Assembly: GCA_037379345.1 (NCBI GenBank)
Contig: CM074518.1
Coordinates: forward strand, 45,535,586 to 45,599,585
Reading direction: 5' to 3'
Length of the DNA stretch: 64,000 nucleotides
Source of the DNA: Perna viridis
Taxonomy: Eukaryota
The notes beneath the pieces were generated by a model that saw nothing but the letters and a program-made list of their open reading frames with translations, was not told the origin of the DNA and did not search any database. The translations under genes were made by a program, and so were the position numbers. Shown piece by piece: positions 1 through 14,232 of the stretch. Every line of letters begins with the position of its first letter. Position 1 is the stretch's first letter.

Positions 1-639
1 AATTAACAGCAAAGGAGCTTTTACATTTATGTAGATACAGAAAAATGTCAAAAACCTCTGTTGTCTATCATTCTAATGAAAAATTTCAAAACATTGTCCA
101 TTGATATCATACCAAGATCAAGTAGCAGTCATTTCAAATGAAGATTTCTTTGAGTGAAATTACATTGTTAGATCAATACATTTTTCACATGCATGTTACA
201 GATTTTCCAACTGTGCCTGATTCTTACAAATGAGGCAATCAGTCTGTCTGTCTGGTATACTGTCATTTCCGTTTGTGTGAAATGTCTGAAAACTGGTAAA
301 ATTATTACTGTATATGAATAACAGTCTGCAGTCTTCCTTACCCTTTATAGCTGAAAAGGGCATGTGAAAACAATTTTCTCAGCTTACATGTATATGACAC
401 TCCTGTTTTTTTTTGTTTTTTTTTGTAGGAGTTCATATTGCTTGTTGTTTATTTTGTTTTGGGATGTCTTGTTTTTCTTACCTTCTGTTTGTATTTTTTT
501 CTGTTTTCTACATTGTGTATATAGATTATCTTTCCTGTTTTCGTGTTTAGGCCATGATTCCTCAGTATTTTTTTATTACGTTTTTTTTTCTGTTGCAGGT
601 ATTTTGTCTTTGATGTTGTTACAGATATTTTTCTTTGGA

Positions 640-820
640 TGTCCATGCTCCCAGTTTTAAGTGGAGTCTGAGTTGCTCATTTATTTTTGTTGCTTTGTAT
701 GTATTATTTTGGTTCTTTTATGTTCTTTGTTGTGTATGTCTGTTTTCCACGTCTGATCTTTGTCCCTAGATTACATATTTTTGATTCCTGCTAGAATCTT
801 GTTTCCCTTGATTACTCTTT
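640..820 (+). mobile_element. 3' tail fragment of the dispersed Penelope-like retroelement family
   Basis: ccatgctcccagtttt...gtggagtctgagttgctcattt...cccttgattactcttt matches the copies at 35590-35765, 37205-37378 and (reverse strand) 43482-43765. Confidence 0.6.
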
Positions 821-1555
821 TATGATGTGTTTATCTAATTCCTGCAATGTTTTTAACCCATATTTGCATGTTACATTTGTATGTGCAAAGGATAGCAATA
901 TAAATTTCCATCAGACAAAAATGTTATGGGCCAATTCACAGCTATAATGTCTCTGTGCTTGAATGCTATTCGATATAACAAGAATGGATATGGTGAAAGC
1001 ATGACTTTATATTTTCATTGGATTTTACATCACAGTATGTCTGAATTTACAATTATGTGACACACCCATTAATTGTGTCTTTTGATCCACCAAATTTGTG
1101 TCTTGGTATGCATCACAGCACTTCACATAATCTGTCTGCAGATGTTTTGACAACAGGTGGAAATTATTTTTTGGACTACAAATTAACTTTATTTTTTTTA
1201 TTTCTGTATTGGAAAAGTACTCATGTTACTTCCATGGGGTTTTGGGGAGCAATTATTTTTATATTAGGGGGAGGGTTTGAAATAAGCAAGTGTGGAGATA
1301 TATGCAAATTGATTAAAAAAAATAATTTAGTGACAAAAGTTCTAGTGTAACCAAAAAGAAAAACGTATCCAAGTTTACTCCTCTACAAAAGAAATGGTGA
1401 AAACCTTTCTTAAACACAGGTTAGAGGAAAATTTATGCTTGATTTCATTTTTTTTAAGTGAAATTGTTGAATTGTGTGTTAATTAAATTCTTTTGATTCT
1501 TGGTTCCCTTGATTACTCTTTTATCAATGTTTTTAGGCTTTTATTGTATTTTTAA

Positions 1556-1774
1556 GGTGGTAGGCCTGGGGTAAGGGACACAACTCTTACAGATCATTGG
1601 AACATTTGTATTCACCATTTTAAAATAATCTCATGTAAGCATCAAAGTAACTCAGACTTATTTCATTCTCTTTCAAATGAAAGCTTGGAAGGCTTTCGTG
1701 AAATTAAATATGATACAAACATATCACTGTCTTTCCCATTTTTTGAGATTTTCCCATTACCCAAGTCTACCTCC
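1556..1774. mobile_element. TTAA-flanked MITE (Kolobok/piggyBac-type)
   Basis: TTAA at 1552-1555 and 1775-1778. Imperfect TIRs ggtggtaggcctggggtaaggga / tcccattacccaagtctacctcc. A related end recurs at ~14590-14637. Confidence 0.55.
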
Positions 1775-1892
1775 TTAAAACAGTGAAGAAGATAAACTTA
1801 TACTTGAGGGTCACATAAAGACATTTTTCTTCATCTATTTCAGATGTAGCAATACAGCCATTAACCAGGACTATTTAGGAACATCTTCAAAC

Positions 1893-4200
1893 ATGGAGGA
1901 CAGTTCTGACCCCTCCAAAGAACTTCTCCCAAATACAGAAGTTACACATCATCTTCAGAACATGCCAACAGATGACTCTAATACAGCTCCAGAAAAAAAA
2001 AATGTCCTGAGCTTTACACAAATGATTTTACTTAATGCTGTTGTATGTGGAGTTGAAGTTTGTGCATGTGCTGGATTCACATATATACCCCCGATGTTGT
2101 TAAAAGCTGGGTACACAGAAGAAAATATGAGTATAATCCTGGGATTAGGGCCATTTTTAGGATTACTAGTTGTTCCTGTTATTGGCAGAGCTAGTGATAA
2201 ATGTAGAAGTCGTTTTGGACGTAGACGACCATTTATTGCGGGAATTTCATTTATTCTAATTCTAACACTAATTTTGATTCCTTATGGGGATGTGTTTTTC
2301 ACGAAACTTTTAGGTGACACTAGCCTTAGTAAAACACTATGCTTATTAAGTTTGACTTTCGGAGTGATCATTTTAGATTTTTCAAGTCAGGCTTGTTTAA
2401 CTCCTTGTGAAGCGCTTTTGTCAGATGCTACAAGAGATACAAACCAACATGAACAAATATTTACTATTTACTCACAAATGATCAGTTTTGGTGGTTTCCT
2501 TGGATACCTAGTCACCGCCATTGACTGGCAATCTTTGAGCATTGGGCAATTCTTTGGGAGCCAAGAAAAAACAGTGTTTTCAGTGTTGGTTGTGTTATTT
2601 GTATTTTTATTCTCAGCTTCAATTATAGTAGCTAAAGAGGAGCCTTATGTTGAAAAAGTGCCAAAGTTTTTACAGTTAGAACTAGATATCCCAGAATTCA
2701 AACAAAGTCCATCAACTCTGGAGTCTGGTTATGAGTCAAGTATCAATTCAGACGATGAAAATTATTTTCCAGGACATATACTTAGGAGACAAAAAAGACA
2801 CAAAAGTTTCTCAAAATCTGGCAAAAGGTCTACACGATTTTTTCCATTATTTATAAATATTATATTTTATCCTGTGATATATATATTGAAGCGAATCAGA
2901 GCTATGACGTTTCTTCAAAACCTTTGTAGAACTGTAGGAGGGGTTGTTTATGATAAACTTCCAGATGTAATTAAGAATTTTTTAGACATACCATATGTAT
3001 TGAAACATTTAGCTATAGCTAATTTCTGTAGTTGGACTTCACTGATGGGGTTCAACTTATTTTTCACTGATTTTGTTGGACAAGCTGTGTATGGAGGCAA
3101 CCCTAATGCTCCAGAAAATTCTATTTTACGCAATCATTATGATGAAGGGGTACGAATGGCAAGTTGGGGATTACTGTTTCATTGTATTACTTCAGCTGTT
3201 TATGCTTTTCTTGTGGAAAGACTAGTAGAAAGATTTGGGACAAGGTGGACTTACTTCTTTGGCATGTTTTCATTTACTGTGGCAATGTTTTGTATAGTAA
3301 TGTGGCGAAACATTTATGTGGTGAATACGATGGCAGCTTTCACTGGTATTGCTTATGCTACTTTAACCATCATTCCTTTCATTCTAGTAACAACATATCA
3401 CACAGAAAAAGAGGTAAGTTTGATGATACAGGTGTCAAGTTATCTAAAGTTTGGGGAGAATGTCTTTAGCATATCTTAAGTATCATTCCTCACTTTACAT
3501 TATAAAATACAAGCGTTATTTAAGACAAACTGTCTATGATTGAATGACTACCAAAAATAAAAAAATAATAGTACCAGCAAAATTTTGTAAGGTAGGTAAA
3601 TACTAACATACACCATTCCAAACACTAAGTATATTTTTAATATCTTATTTATCAAGATATTAGATCATTCAGGGTAAGGAAATGGCAAAATTATTGTGTT
3701 ACAGTTGTTTTAAAAGGATAGATACATATATTACAATAGTACAAAACAACCATTGCTGTGGTTTAGTGGTAGCATTTTGTGATTTGAGTGAAATAGGGAA
3801 TGGCTATCATCTTCAGTTCCAGCTGTACAGAGCCTTTGACATTGTATCAGTCTTAAAAGTTTTAATGATGTACATTTTTACATGTGTAAAGTTTTTATTT
3901 TCTGTCTTTTTTATCGCTATACAGGTATTTTTCTTTGATGTCAACCAAAATGATCAATTACGTGGCGTGGGTGGAGACATGGGGATGTTGGACACAGCCT
4001 ACTTCCTTTCACAGGTTATATTGTCAGGACTCATGGGATACATTGTTCACATGACTGGCACTGTTTTATCCTATATGGTTACTGCAGGAGCAATGGGTGT
4101 ACTGAGCTGTTTCTTTGCTCAGAGAATAATTACCAGTAAACATGACCTCCGTCATGTTGTTTCAAGACCACGAGAAAAAATGAGGATATTGAATATTTGA
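1893..4200 (+). CDS. SLC45A3: Solute carrier family 45 member 3-like MFS sugar/H+ transporter; coding exons 1893-3413 and 3925-4200 (~598 aa)
   Basis: Motifs GVEVCACAGFTYIPPMLL, GRASDKCRSRFGRRRPFI, FFTDFVGQAVYGG, YDEGVR, YHTEKE|VFF and LDTAYFLSQV. Phase-0 intron with GAG|gtaagt at 3413 and tacag|GTA at 3925. Upstream acceptor at 1843. Confidence 0.9.
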
Positions 4201-6307
4201 TAAGTATTTATTGTCATTAAGTGACTACATGTGCCTGAATGTAAATTACCAAATCTAGATTTGGGCCCAGAGTCCTCTTTTGGACAAAAGGGCTAAATTT
4301 TTGTAACATTATGGAGCTTAGCCAGTTAGGGACTTTTAGAAAACGTATTAGTCACACTAGTACATTGTACTCCTGTTTAAATAACCCTGGGTTTTCCCTG
4401 AACAAATTATATGAAGATTATTTTGTCCCCAGGTGAAGGACTGTTGCATGTTTCAACTTTTGCTTCTAGAATTTAAAGGTTTTCACTGGCAAAAAATTTT
4501 ACATAAAGTTTATTCCTGACTTTTATCTGACTCCCTTGCATTGAACTAATAAATTTTGTCACAGAAATTTTGTGCAGACTTATTTGCCTGTAAATAATGC
4601 ATACATTTTGAAACTATTTTGCAAGTTCACAGATAAAGCAAGATTTCTTGGTATAAACAGAAAAAGCATTTTATTTCATAATACATGTAGTTTTCATTAT
4701 AACCTGTCAAGGCATCTAATAATCAAGCAGTGATTTTTTGCTTAGAAAGATTAATGATAAAGGGAATCTCTAAAGAATCTTACAAATAATGTTGTAAAGA
4801 GAGATATGTAATGAACTTAAAATATTTTTTTTTAATGAAAATATGTTGTACTTGCAATATTGATAAATAGGCCAACTAAATTCCTTGGTTCTCAGACCCT
4901 CCCTGGTTTTTCAGGGAACTAAATTCTTTGGTTCTCAGACCCTCCCTTGTTTATCAGGATACCTCATTTTTATCACCATGTTCATAAAATTTAAAATAAG
5001 AGGAACCTTCTTCATCATTTTCATCTACAAACAGAAAACACCATCTTTACTTTTTAACAGCAAAGGAAAATCAAAAATAAATTTTCTCTTCATCATCTGA
5101 GAATTACAGTGATTACATGTATGTTGAAGTTCAGATTACTTGTACTTACAATGTAAATGTTTATACTGATAATTTCTTTGGTGCTAGTCATTTTTCCGAG
5201 TCAAGAATTTATTAATATTTTTGTAGTTTTCGTGATTAAAAAAAAATAGTGCTGATTTCAATAAAAAGTTAGTTACATGTACATTTATGTGCCAAATTTC
5301 AAAGAATTTTACATTTAAGTTATATCACTGTGAGTTTAGCAGTTACTGCAAAGTCTGCATTTAATTATACAGTTAGTACAATCCTTGCTAATTAGAGGGA
5401 TTCAGAGGGGGATATTGTCCAGACTTCTCACTTTAAAATTTCTGGCTCCACATCTAAAATTCATAGTTATTATAGCTTAGAAGTGTCTAAGATCTAAACA
5501 AGGATCAATGTGTGTGTCTATTTATACTCCTACTCTTATTTAAATGATGTGGCCAAATGTTTCCACCTGTGAAGTATTATTTAAATAGATTTGAAACATT
5601 TGGCCATTGGTTCAATTTATATTTCATTTATGATAATTTTATTTTTGCCATTATGTTTCAGGAGTATGACCCTTTTCATTATAGAAATTAGTTTTCCAAA
5701 TTTCAAAGTGTTGAGATACATGCATTTATAATCACTGGATCAAGTTTCTGTACTCAGATGGTGATTGCATTTTCTATCTACCGTAATTGTTTACTGAGTA
5801 TGGGCAATTTTTAGTTGATAAATACTGATTAATATAAGTATGTTTACCTCAGATGTTTTGTAACATCCGGTATTCTAATTTGTCTGGACGTTTTTGTACC
5901 TCAAACAAGTCTTCCAGCTCTATATCATGTGTCAAAAATTAATATACTATTTTATGCTATTTATGTATATAACTGCTAATTTGTGCCAACACTATGAATA
6001 CATGTACATTGCTTTTCAGAAATAATTATATTGATCTGTACTTAGTTGTACATTTTTTAGCCGTTGTAATTTTTTTTTTAAAGAACAACAACATATATGT
6101 ACATGTATGATTTTGTATCATTTTTGTTTTCTTTTGTGGGTGTGTCTTTGGTTTGACAATCTAGTTCATTTGAATGTTATATTTATTATAATATTTTGTT
6201 AAGATTTAACACAAAAATAATTTCGTTGAATAATGTCATAACCAGTCGATAGTTAATGGTGGATTATGTTGCCAGTTGTTGGGAAACAAATCTGTGATAC
6301 TTATTTT

Positions 6308-6580
6308 TGTAAACTGAAACAGTCTAAACCATACTGGTAAATATAAACCCTGTCTAAACCACACTGGTAAATCTAAACCCTGTCTAAACCACACTAGTAA
6401 ATCTAAAGTCTGTCTTAACCACACTGGTAAATCTAAACTCAGTCTAAACCACACTGGTAAATCTAAACTCTGTCTAAAGCAGACATTTTCCCCTACATAT
6501 GAATTTGAATGTATTTTGAGCCTTCCTGTCAGTATGGAACTAATTCTAAAGTCCAAAATGGTTTAGACGGTTTCACTGTA
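6308..6580. repeat. ~30-bp tandem repeat (5-6 copies) inside a probable Tc1/pogo-type MITE
   Basis: Unit tgtctaaaccacactggtaaatctaaaccc at 6321-6478. The right end ttagacggtttcactgta is an inverted copy of the unit start and ends in CTG-TA. Confidence 0.65.
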
Positions 6581-7841
6581 TATTACCTTAGTGAATGTAA
6601 ATTCAACAAAATATGTAAGGAAATTACCAAATATAAAAGTCAGTTGGTTCTCTAGTGTTCCTATAGCAGGTTTAGAGCAAGTCGAATTATACTGGTACCA
6701 AAGTACAATTGAGTAATCTAAATAGTAGAAATATGCCCAATGTGTTCTACTTGATTACCACAGAATACCTTTGTGATCTTTTCAGGGATGCTTTTTTTCC
6801 TGCTTTTTTAGCAGAATTCCGCTATTTCAAATCTGGTTTTTATCGTTACGATTTTTTTTTTATTGTGTACGTGTATTTACTTGTGTAAATTTGTAGACCT
6901 CGTAAAATTATCCCCATCTTTTGGAAGCTGTCTTTCAGGTTTAAATAACTGTCAATTATGGAGGGCTATTTAAATTTCTTGGTAGCCTACCTGGATTTGT
7001 ATTGAACTAAGTACTAGTAATTTTCAACTTGCTGTAAGAGACTTCTGACCAAGACTCTTCAGGCCTGTATAATGTGTCAAATACTGGTGAACTTTTCAGC
7101 GACCTTGGCAATATGTTGCCATTTAAACAAATTATGATAACTAAATACAAATCAATCTCTATTAATTTTAAGGAGTTTAAAAGGAACAATCTGTTACCTT
7201 CATTATTCAATAATATGTACTGAATGGTTGGATATTAATACAGCTCGGTCGACAGACAGCCATTGAATTCTCTTTACTCTTTTGTATTGAAATAGTGTTC
7301 AATTTTGTCTTTTAACATCGTAGATCATTTAAATTCTCATACCAACACAAAAAATTAGTGTATGAACAATGATTTGAGTATTAGTGTAAGGATCTTTATG
7401 AAATGGAACCAATGGGTTTCATACCAAAAAGGAAGACAATATAACTGGTGTAGCAGTTAGTTATTTGGGTTGTGCAGTAAATGGCAAAACATTAACATTT
7501 TTTTAGCTCCCAGACTCATAAATTGATCTCAACAGAATTGAACCCCAAGATTTCATAACTCAAAAAAGGTCAGTTTATTTGATTTGCTGAATTTAACCAA
7601 TTACATGTATGTAGATTTAAAAAAGAAATAATGGCCACTGCTTTACATGTAAGCTGGCCCAAAATTAAACTTTCGGTTACAACAAAAAATTGAATTAACA
7701 CATTTTTTTATCAGTTGAATTAAACAGTGTATTAAGAGTATTCCTTCTGAACCACTCCCAGGATTTAGATGAAATTTTACAAGTATGTTCAGCATCTTTT
7801 GTAGATCTGCATAAGGAATATACTTCCAAAGGTAGATAGTC

Positions 7842-7929
7842 CAACTTAAAGGTTTTACATGTCTGAATCTAGTGAGCACTACTAGTTCAACTTAAAGGTT
7901 TTACATGTCTGAATCTAGTAAGCACTACT
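7842..7929. repeat. 46-bp tandem duplication
   Basis: caacttaaaggttttacatgtctgaatctagt(g/a)agcactact occurs twice. Confidence 0.8.
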
Positions 7930-10900
7930 CCTCCCATACCTCTCAATGAATTTTTGACATTTTATTAGAAGGTTAGGCATCATATATAGATATGAATAAT
8001 AATTAGCAACCAATGCCTTCAAAGGAAGGTAATCTAAATTAAGGGCTGTACTTTTAACTCCTTAACTAAGTATATGTTTTGAGTATAATATAGTCATTCT
8101 ATTTTTTTAAAGGTTGGTCTGAAATTACCATACAACATACAAAATGCTGATTTTTGTGCCATATGTATAAACGTTTTTACATGTGTTTACAAATCAGATA
8201 GGTTATTTTCTCATTTATAACTGGTACTAGCAGTATTAACCAGAATGTAATTTATTCTTTTCAGGTATTTTTATAATTTTTTTCCCTTTAATGTTGATTT
8301 TTTGTGCCAAAGTATTGAAATAAAGTTTGTCAATTATTCCGTTTTATCAAATTTGACCCTGAAAATTAATTTAGTAAAATAAGTATGGAGCATATTAACA
8401 GGAGAACTCCAAAAAAGCAAAAATTGGGTTTTTGGTACCAAATTTTGTGTTTTAATCCTTCTAGTGGTGCATCTTGATGATATAAGCCCCCTAAAATGGA
8501 CTTAAAGGTCATTTTTGAAAAAAAATTTATAATTAACCTTTGTCATGCTACGCCCGGACCTGTTCGGGATTGGACCATGTTCCGCTTTATCGGTTCTGGC
8601 AGTGTAAATCTGAGTTTAGGAAAGTGCAATCTGTGTCCATCTGCAAGCAGCGTGACTGTGCTTTAAAATGAGGCTATCTGATATAGAGTTTGTTAATAAA
8701 TAATTACTTGCAAGCTAAAAGAAGAAGTCAGGAGTTTCCGCTGTCGAAAAAAATTGGATTTTTTGGGGGGTAGGGTTCATTTCTCGGAGCCTCCCCAGAG
8801 CAGAATTAATCTGTAGTACTCCATTTCACCAGAAAACTAAATAAGAATGATTTCTGTCACCACCATTCTGATGACAACCCCTTGTATCGACTACTTCCGG
8901 TTTATGGACAAACAGAGGCCAAAAATTGAAAAAAATCCTCACTTTTTCACACGAATGAACCTTCAGGGGGCTCCTGACCCTCCACTCATGACTGTAATAC
9001 CCTTTCTTTGGCTTCAGTAGCCTTCACAGTCTTAAGGCTGTAGGATGAATGTGGTTTGGTTCCTGATTTGTGCCCCTTGAACCCCACAGGTAGCAAATAA
9101 TGACCAGAAATGGACAAAAATGACAATTTTTGAGTGACAGACCCATTTTCACGTGTTGGCCCATCCACCCACCCCTTTCTTTGGTGAGATTTTGGCCACA
9201 TGCTTCAATGACTTAAATAATCTAACCATAAAAGCATATTGCATCAAGATGACTTTAGATATCTAGTTTTTTGAAGCCTGTACAAATCAAAACCACCTGC
9301 AAACCTCCATTAACAAGCTTGCAGAGAAATAATACTTTGAAACGTCATTTTCAAACATTAATAGTGTAACAGCTTGTTATATTTTTTTGGTTTCCCTTCA
9401 TTATTGGGTAAACTAAAATTTACAGTAAATGACATTGCCAGAAACATATATTAGCAAATATGACCATTTATATTTTAGATAAATACTGACTTAATTTGGT
9501 CCTTAGGAAAATTTGAAGTGTTATAAAAGTTTTGGCAAAAAAGATTCTAAAGGGTCAATAGTGGTGTTTTATGTTATAGGTCAAAGGTCAATAACAACAT
9601 AAGACTTACAATTTTAGTGTCACATTTTTTTTCAGTGTGTAGGGAAAGGCTCTATTTTGCTTTGCCTTTTTTGTTTTTATTTTTAGATAATGTCTGAGCT
9701 GCAATTATTAATGTATTAGTATGCAGATTTCCTGGAGTAATTGTATGTTGTTTCTTCGTTTACATACATGATATATGTTAACTTATCAATGTGAATTACG
9801 TATGTATGGTATGTTATACTCTGGGATAAACAAGCTTGAACAGGTACTGATTATACAAATACAACATTTTTGTGGAGGCATTTATAATACAAAACAATTT
9901 TGTACTTAGTATCTACACATGTGCCACATATGAAAATCATATGATATAGAACATATCATTATCATGTATTGAGAAAAATATGATTATCATATGTCTCAGT
10001 TGGCATGATTATTACTTAAGTATTATATAATTATTATGTCTTTTACCACTTTGTTGGGGAGATATATTGTTTTTGGCTTGTCCATCTATTTGCCTGTCAC
10101 AAAATTTGTCAGTGCAACTTCTCTCAAACTACTGAACTGAATTTTACGAAACATGGTAAGTAGCAAGAACATCATATGTAATTGTGCATATTACCAGGAA
10201 ATTTTGATCCCCTAAATTTTGTAGGAGTTACACCCCTTTGAACTTAAAATCTGCCAAAATTCCTTTTAAATAATCTTGTCAGCACAACTCCTCTGAAACA
10301 ATTTATACCAAAAATGCTCAAAACAGTTTGCGGGAGGTGGTGGGGGGAGGGCCATATATTTTTGCAGACAAAAACAGACTTAAATCCCACGATAACTCTA
10401 GCATGATAATCATGTTTTAAGCAATTTTGTACATATGATAGTCATGTATCAAATACTTGTATAGTTTTCATTTGTAAACTATCAAAATTCACATTTTCAT
10501 ATAAATTGAGCTTCATATGATAATCTCTGTAAGTGATCTCTGTAAGTATATACTTTTTTTTATAAAGGTTATACATAGTTGTATCTGTTGTGTTTTACCA
10601 TATCTGTTCCTTTTTTATCATATGTGGCATTTTTTGGTGTGTACATTATGTGAACGTGTGTTTGAGGCATTGTTTTTAATGAGTTAATTTTAGTATCAAA
10701 ATTTAACTAGTAAATCATCAAAAAAGGTTGGTCACAGTCACATGACAAAGTTCGGTTTAAAAGATGATGGACAAAATTTGTTATCCAATCAGAAAAGATG
10801 TTATAACTGAAATTAAATTATTTGTTCTTCCACATTGAAAACTAACAAATGTATTGGCTAAACTTGATACAATAAATTATGGACAAATAAACAGAAGTCA

Positions 10901-10939
10901 AAGCTAAATAATTAAGTTGGAGTCTTTAAAAAAAAATCA

Positions 10940-11345
10940 GACCGAAGTCAAGTCATTCATGTCAAAAACCCATGCAACTCATTTTTATTTCTTGTTCAGA
11001 AACGATTCTGATCATATGATCAGCCAAAGTTTTTTATTAAGTTGTTAATTGTGTTTTTGATAAATAAATTATATGGATTGTACTGTATTTGTACATAAAG
11101 TTGGTACTTTGCATGAATTATCATTCTTGATTTGGTTGGTTTAAGTACGAAATGAATGTATGTTTTTCTCAAAAGTGTTCAGCTGATTTGATTATTTATA
11201 GTAATGTATAAATATAGCATATGTAGACTGATAAACCATCGTTTGTTCAGTGGGTTTTTCCACAACATTAATCACTTTACCATTGACAGTGTCTGAATTT
11301 TATATTGACTTGTACTTAAAGTATGTGGTTATATAAAAAGATGCA
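10940..11345. repeat. Dispersed repeat, second copy at ~48795-49200
   Basis: Shared blocks catgtcaaaaa, tttatttcttgttcagaaac and cactttaccat...gtgtc.gaatttta...ttgtacttaa. Confidence 0.55.
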
Positions 11346-11726
11346 ACAATAAACCCAGACTAGTAGAAAGAATTTTTGCCCTAAGTTTGTACACACAAAT
11401 ACTAGGAATAAAGTGAAGACCCAGTCTCTCATTCCTAGTACTATTTTATTGTCAGTTGTGAAGTGAATCCTTTCTTTTGTTTATAAAACTTTGTTGACTT
11501 TTTTCTGTTTTTGCTAAAAATGTTGCTTAGAAACCATTTAAATTTAAGAAATTACTGTGTATAATTGTTGTGCTTTTGCCATTTCAGGCCACAATGATTT
11601 CTTTTAATCTTTATTGATATGAAGGAAAGTCTATCTTAAGTGATTGCATTCTCCAACAAAGGAAAAGTGACATGTAATTCTGTATTAACAGTTTTGTTTA
11701 TGTTCTTAATCCCTGGTGTATTTTCA

Positions 11727-11895
11727 GAAAGAATTTGAGACTTTTCCATTTTGTGGGATAATTTAGGACTATTGCATTGTGGGAAAGAATTGGGGACTAT
11801 TGCGTTTTGTGAGAGAATTAAGGACTATTGCAATGTGGGAAAGACATAGGGACTATTGCATCATTGGAAAAAATTGGGGAACATTGCCTCTTTGG
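11727..11895. repeat. Degenerate ~28-bp minisatellite
   Basis: Recurring tgtgggaaagaattggggactattgc. Confidence 0.65.
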
Positions 11896-13199
11896 AAAGG
11901 CTTAAGTAGACATTGTGTAATTACTGAATTTGGTTGGGATTCTGGATCAAGTTCTGAACCTTTCTTTCAGAGGAATCTGTTTACTGTAATCAAAATATCA
12001 GATTTAAACATGAAGTAGTTGGATGGGGGTTAAATATATATATATACTAATTACAATGTATTCAGATATGTTGTCCATTAATAATTTTGTTAACATGTAG
12101 TGGTAGCAAAATATATCATTTACTTCATTCATACATTATTATCAAATCATTGTCATTTTAGTGTGCAGGTGGGTTGAAAATGTATTTCTGGTATTTCATA
12201 ACAACCAAAATTTATATTGGAAACCTAATGTCCGACAAAACCTTATCTCTATATCTAAACACCATGTTATTTCTTTCCCTGGTTTATATTGTATGTTTTA
12301 TTTGTTTTATGTTTGATTGTTTTCTTGATTAGTTATAGAACAAAATTATTAAAGAATTAGATTTTACTTATAGTTATTAGAAATGATTGTAGGTATTTCT
12401 GTAGAGGAATAGCAGGTTTACATATTCAATGAGCTAGTCCATGGGCTGGAAGGTTCCATTAGCCCTCCCCCAACTCATCAACTTTATTATGATTTTCGAA
12501 AAACCAACATTATTGTGATTCCATTGTCCATACGTCTAAATTTTCCCGGTACATCGTGTGCAAAGAAACTAAATATATATATGATATCATCATGTAACCC
12601 TATGTCTCAGCTTTTCAATGATACCAACGAAAAGTGGCGGTAACCCTTAGGGTTTTGGAATAGAGCGAAACATATGTACCTCTAACCCATGGAAAAAGCG
12701 CATTATTTTTTTTCAGTGTCAAAACCCTTAGAGTATTTATGCTTCCGTAAAAATGTCGTTTTAGTATTTTCTGTTTAGTACTATCACATTATTACCTCTG
12801 GGGTTCTTTTGATAACTTGCGGTGAATTTTTTCAAAAAATTACTAAAAAATAGGATTTTTAATTTTTCCATTAAAAATCGCATTAATTCGACTCGCAAAG
12901 TCACTGATCAACCAAAACATCTCAAATTTGGTATCATTTGATAAATAATTCATTATCCTAAATAATAAAACCACGAAAAATCTTATTTTCATGAAAGAAT
13001 TTTCCAAAAAAGAAATATAACTTCTACCTATAGCAAAAAAATGGTCTCGGTATCAAACAAAATTTTCATTCTAACATATTCATATTTTAGGCATTCACAA
13101 TTTAGGTAATGAGGTATACTACATATCTGATCAATCTTGGGGCTATGATTCTCCTTTTGGTGTTATTTTATCATGAAATCATAAAAGAAGGATTTTTCA

Positions 13200-14232
13200 G
13201 AGCTATTGACATTACTTAATGGCCGTCTTCGTCGTTAACAATTTCTTAGAACATCTTTTCAAAAACTACTGAATGGATTTGGATGAAACTTTAGGTGATT
13301 GTTCCTTAGAGTATCCATAACAAAATGACCATTTAGATTTTTGATCTTTTAATAAACACTACTAAAAATAGAACATAAAGGTCAGACAGCAGATTTTTTC
13401 ACATATCTCTTAAAACCGTTAGGTTTAACCGAATTCTGACTTGGGGTAATAGTATTCAGCATGATCTGTCTGTGGTCAAATTTTGGTGAAAATCTGTTGT
13501 ACATATTGGAGTTATTGCCCTTTTTTGACGCTTTTTGCTATTTTTGATGTTATTTTTCTTTCAAAAATCTTTTCCCGGGAACTACTTTACAGAATTCAAT
13601 GAAAGTTGGTATTTTTGTTTTAGGGTATACTAATCAAAATAACCGTTTGGATTTTCGAACGGTTAAAAAACATGGCCGCCGTTACTAAAAAATAGAACAT
13701 AGCAGCCAGACAGTAGTTTTTTCATATATCTCCAAAACTGTTAGGTTCAGCTAATATCTTTCAATTGCTGAAATGGTCCTTATTATAAGGCCTACAAAAG
13801 CCTCCAAGAGATCAAAGTTGTCAGACGACTCCTTGTAAGAGTTATTGCCCTTTAGAGGTGTTTTTTTTTTTTACAGTTTTCGGTCAATATCTTGAAAACT
13901 ATGATAGATGGAATGAAACTTTCAATTGCTGCAATGATTCTATTATACGGCCAATAAAATCTCCAGGGATCAAAGTTGCCAAACGACTCCATGTGAGAGT
14001 TATTGCCCTTGAAAGGCAAAAAAATTACGTTTTTAGCAGTTTTCAGTCAATATCTTGAAAACTATAATAGGTAGAATGAAACTTTCAGTTGATGAAACGA
14101 TCCTTATAATAAGCCTTACCAAAGTCTTTATGGGGTGAGAATTGTTTGACAACTCCTTGTTGGAGTTATTGCCCTTGAAATGCAAAAAAATTAACCAGAT
14201 GAACGATTCAGGCTCTTGGGAGCGTCTTATTT
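13200..14232 (+). mobile_element. Helentron-associated non-autonomous element (HINE-like) with internal ~155-bp tandem repeats; left boundary approximate
   Basis: Repeated gagttattgccctt / cagttttc.gtcaatatcttgaaaactat units. The 3' end ccagatgaacgattcaggctcttgggagcgtcttattt resembles the subTIR-plus-hairpin end of bivalve HINEs. Confidence 0.45.

Noticed and set aside
364-1350. Short Phe/Leu- or Lys-rich ORFs here and throughout the AT-rich regions
   Set aside because: Low-complexity, repeat-derived translations without motifs or splice support
3414-3924. ORF extensions 3414-3479 and 3682-3924
   Set aside because: Intronic read-through. Splice sites at 3413 and 3925 give the correct SLC45 protein
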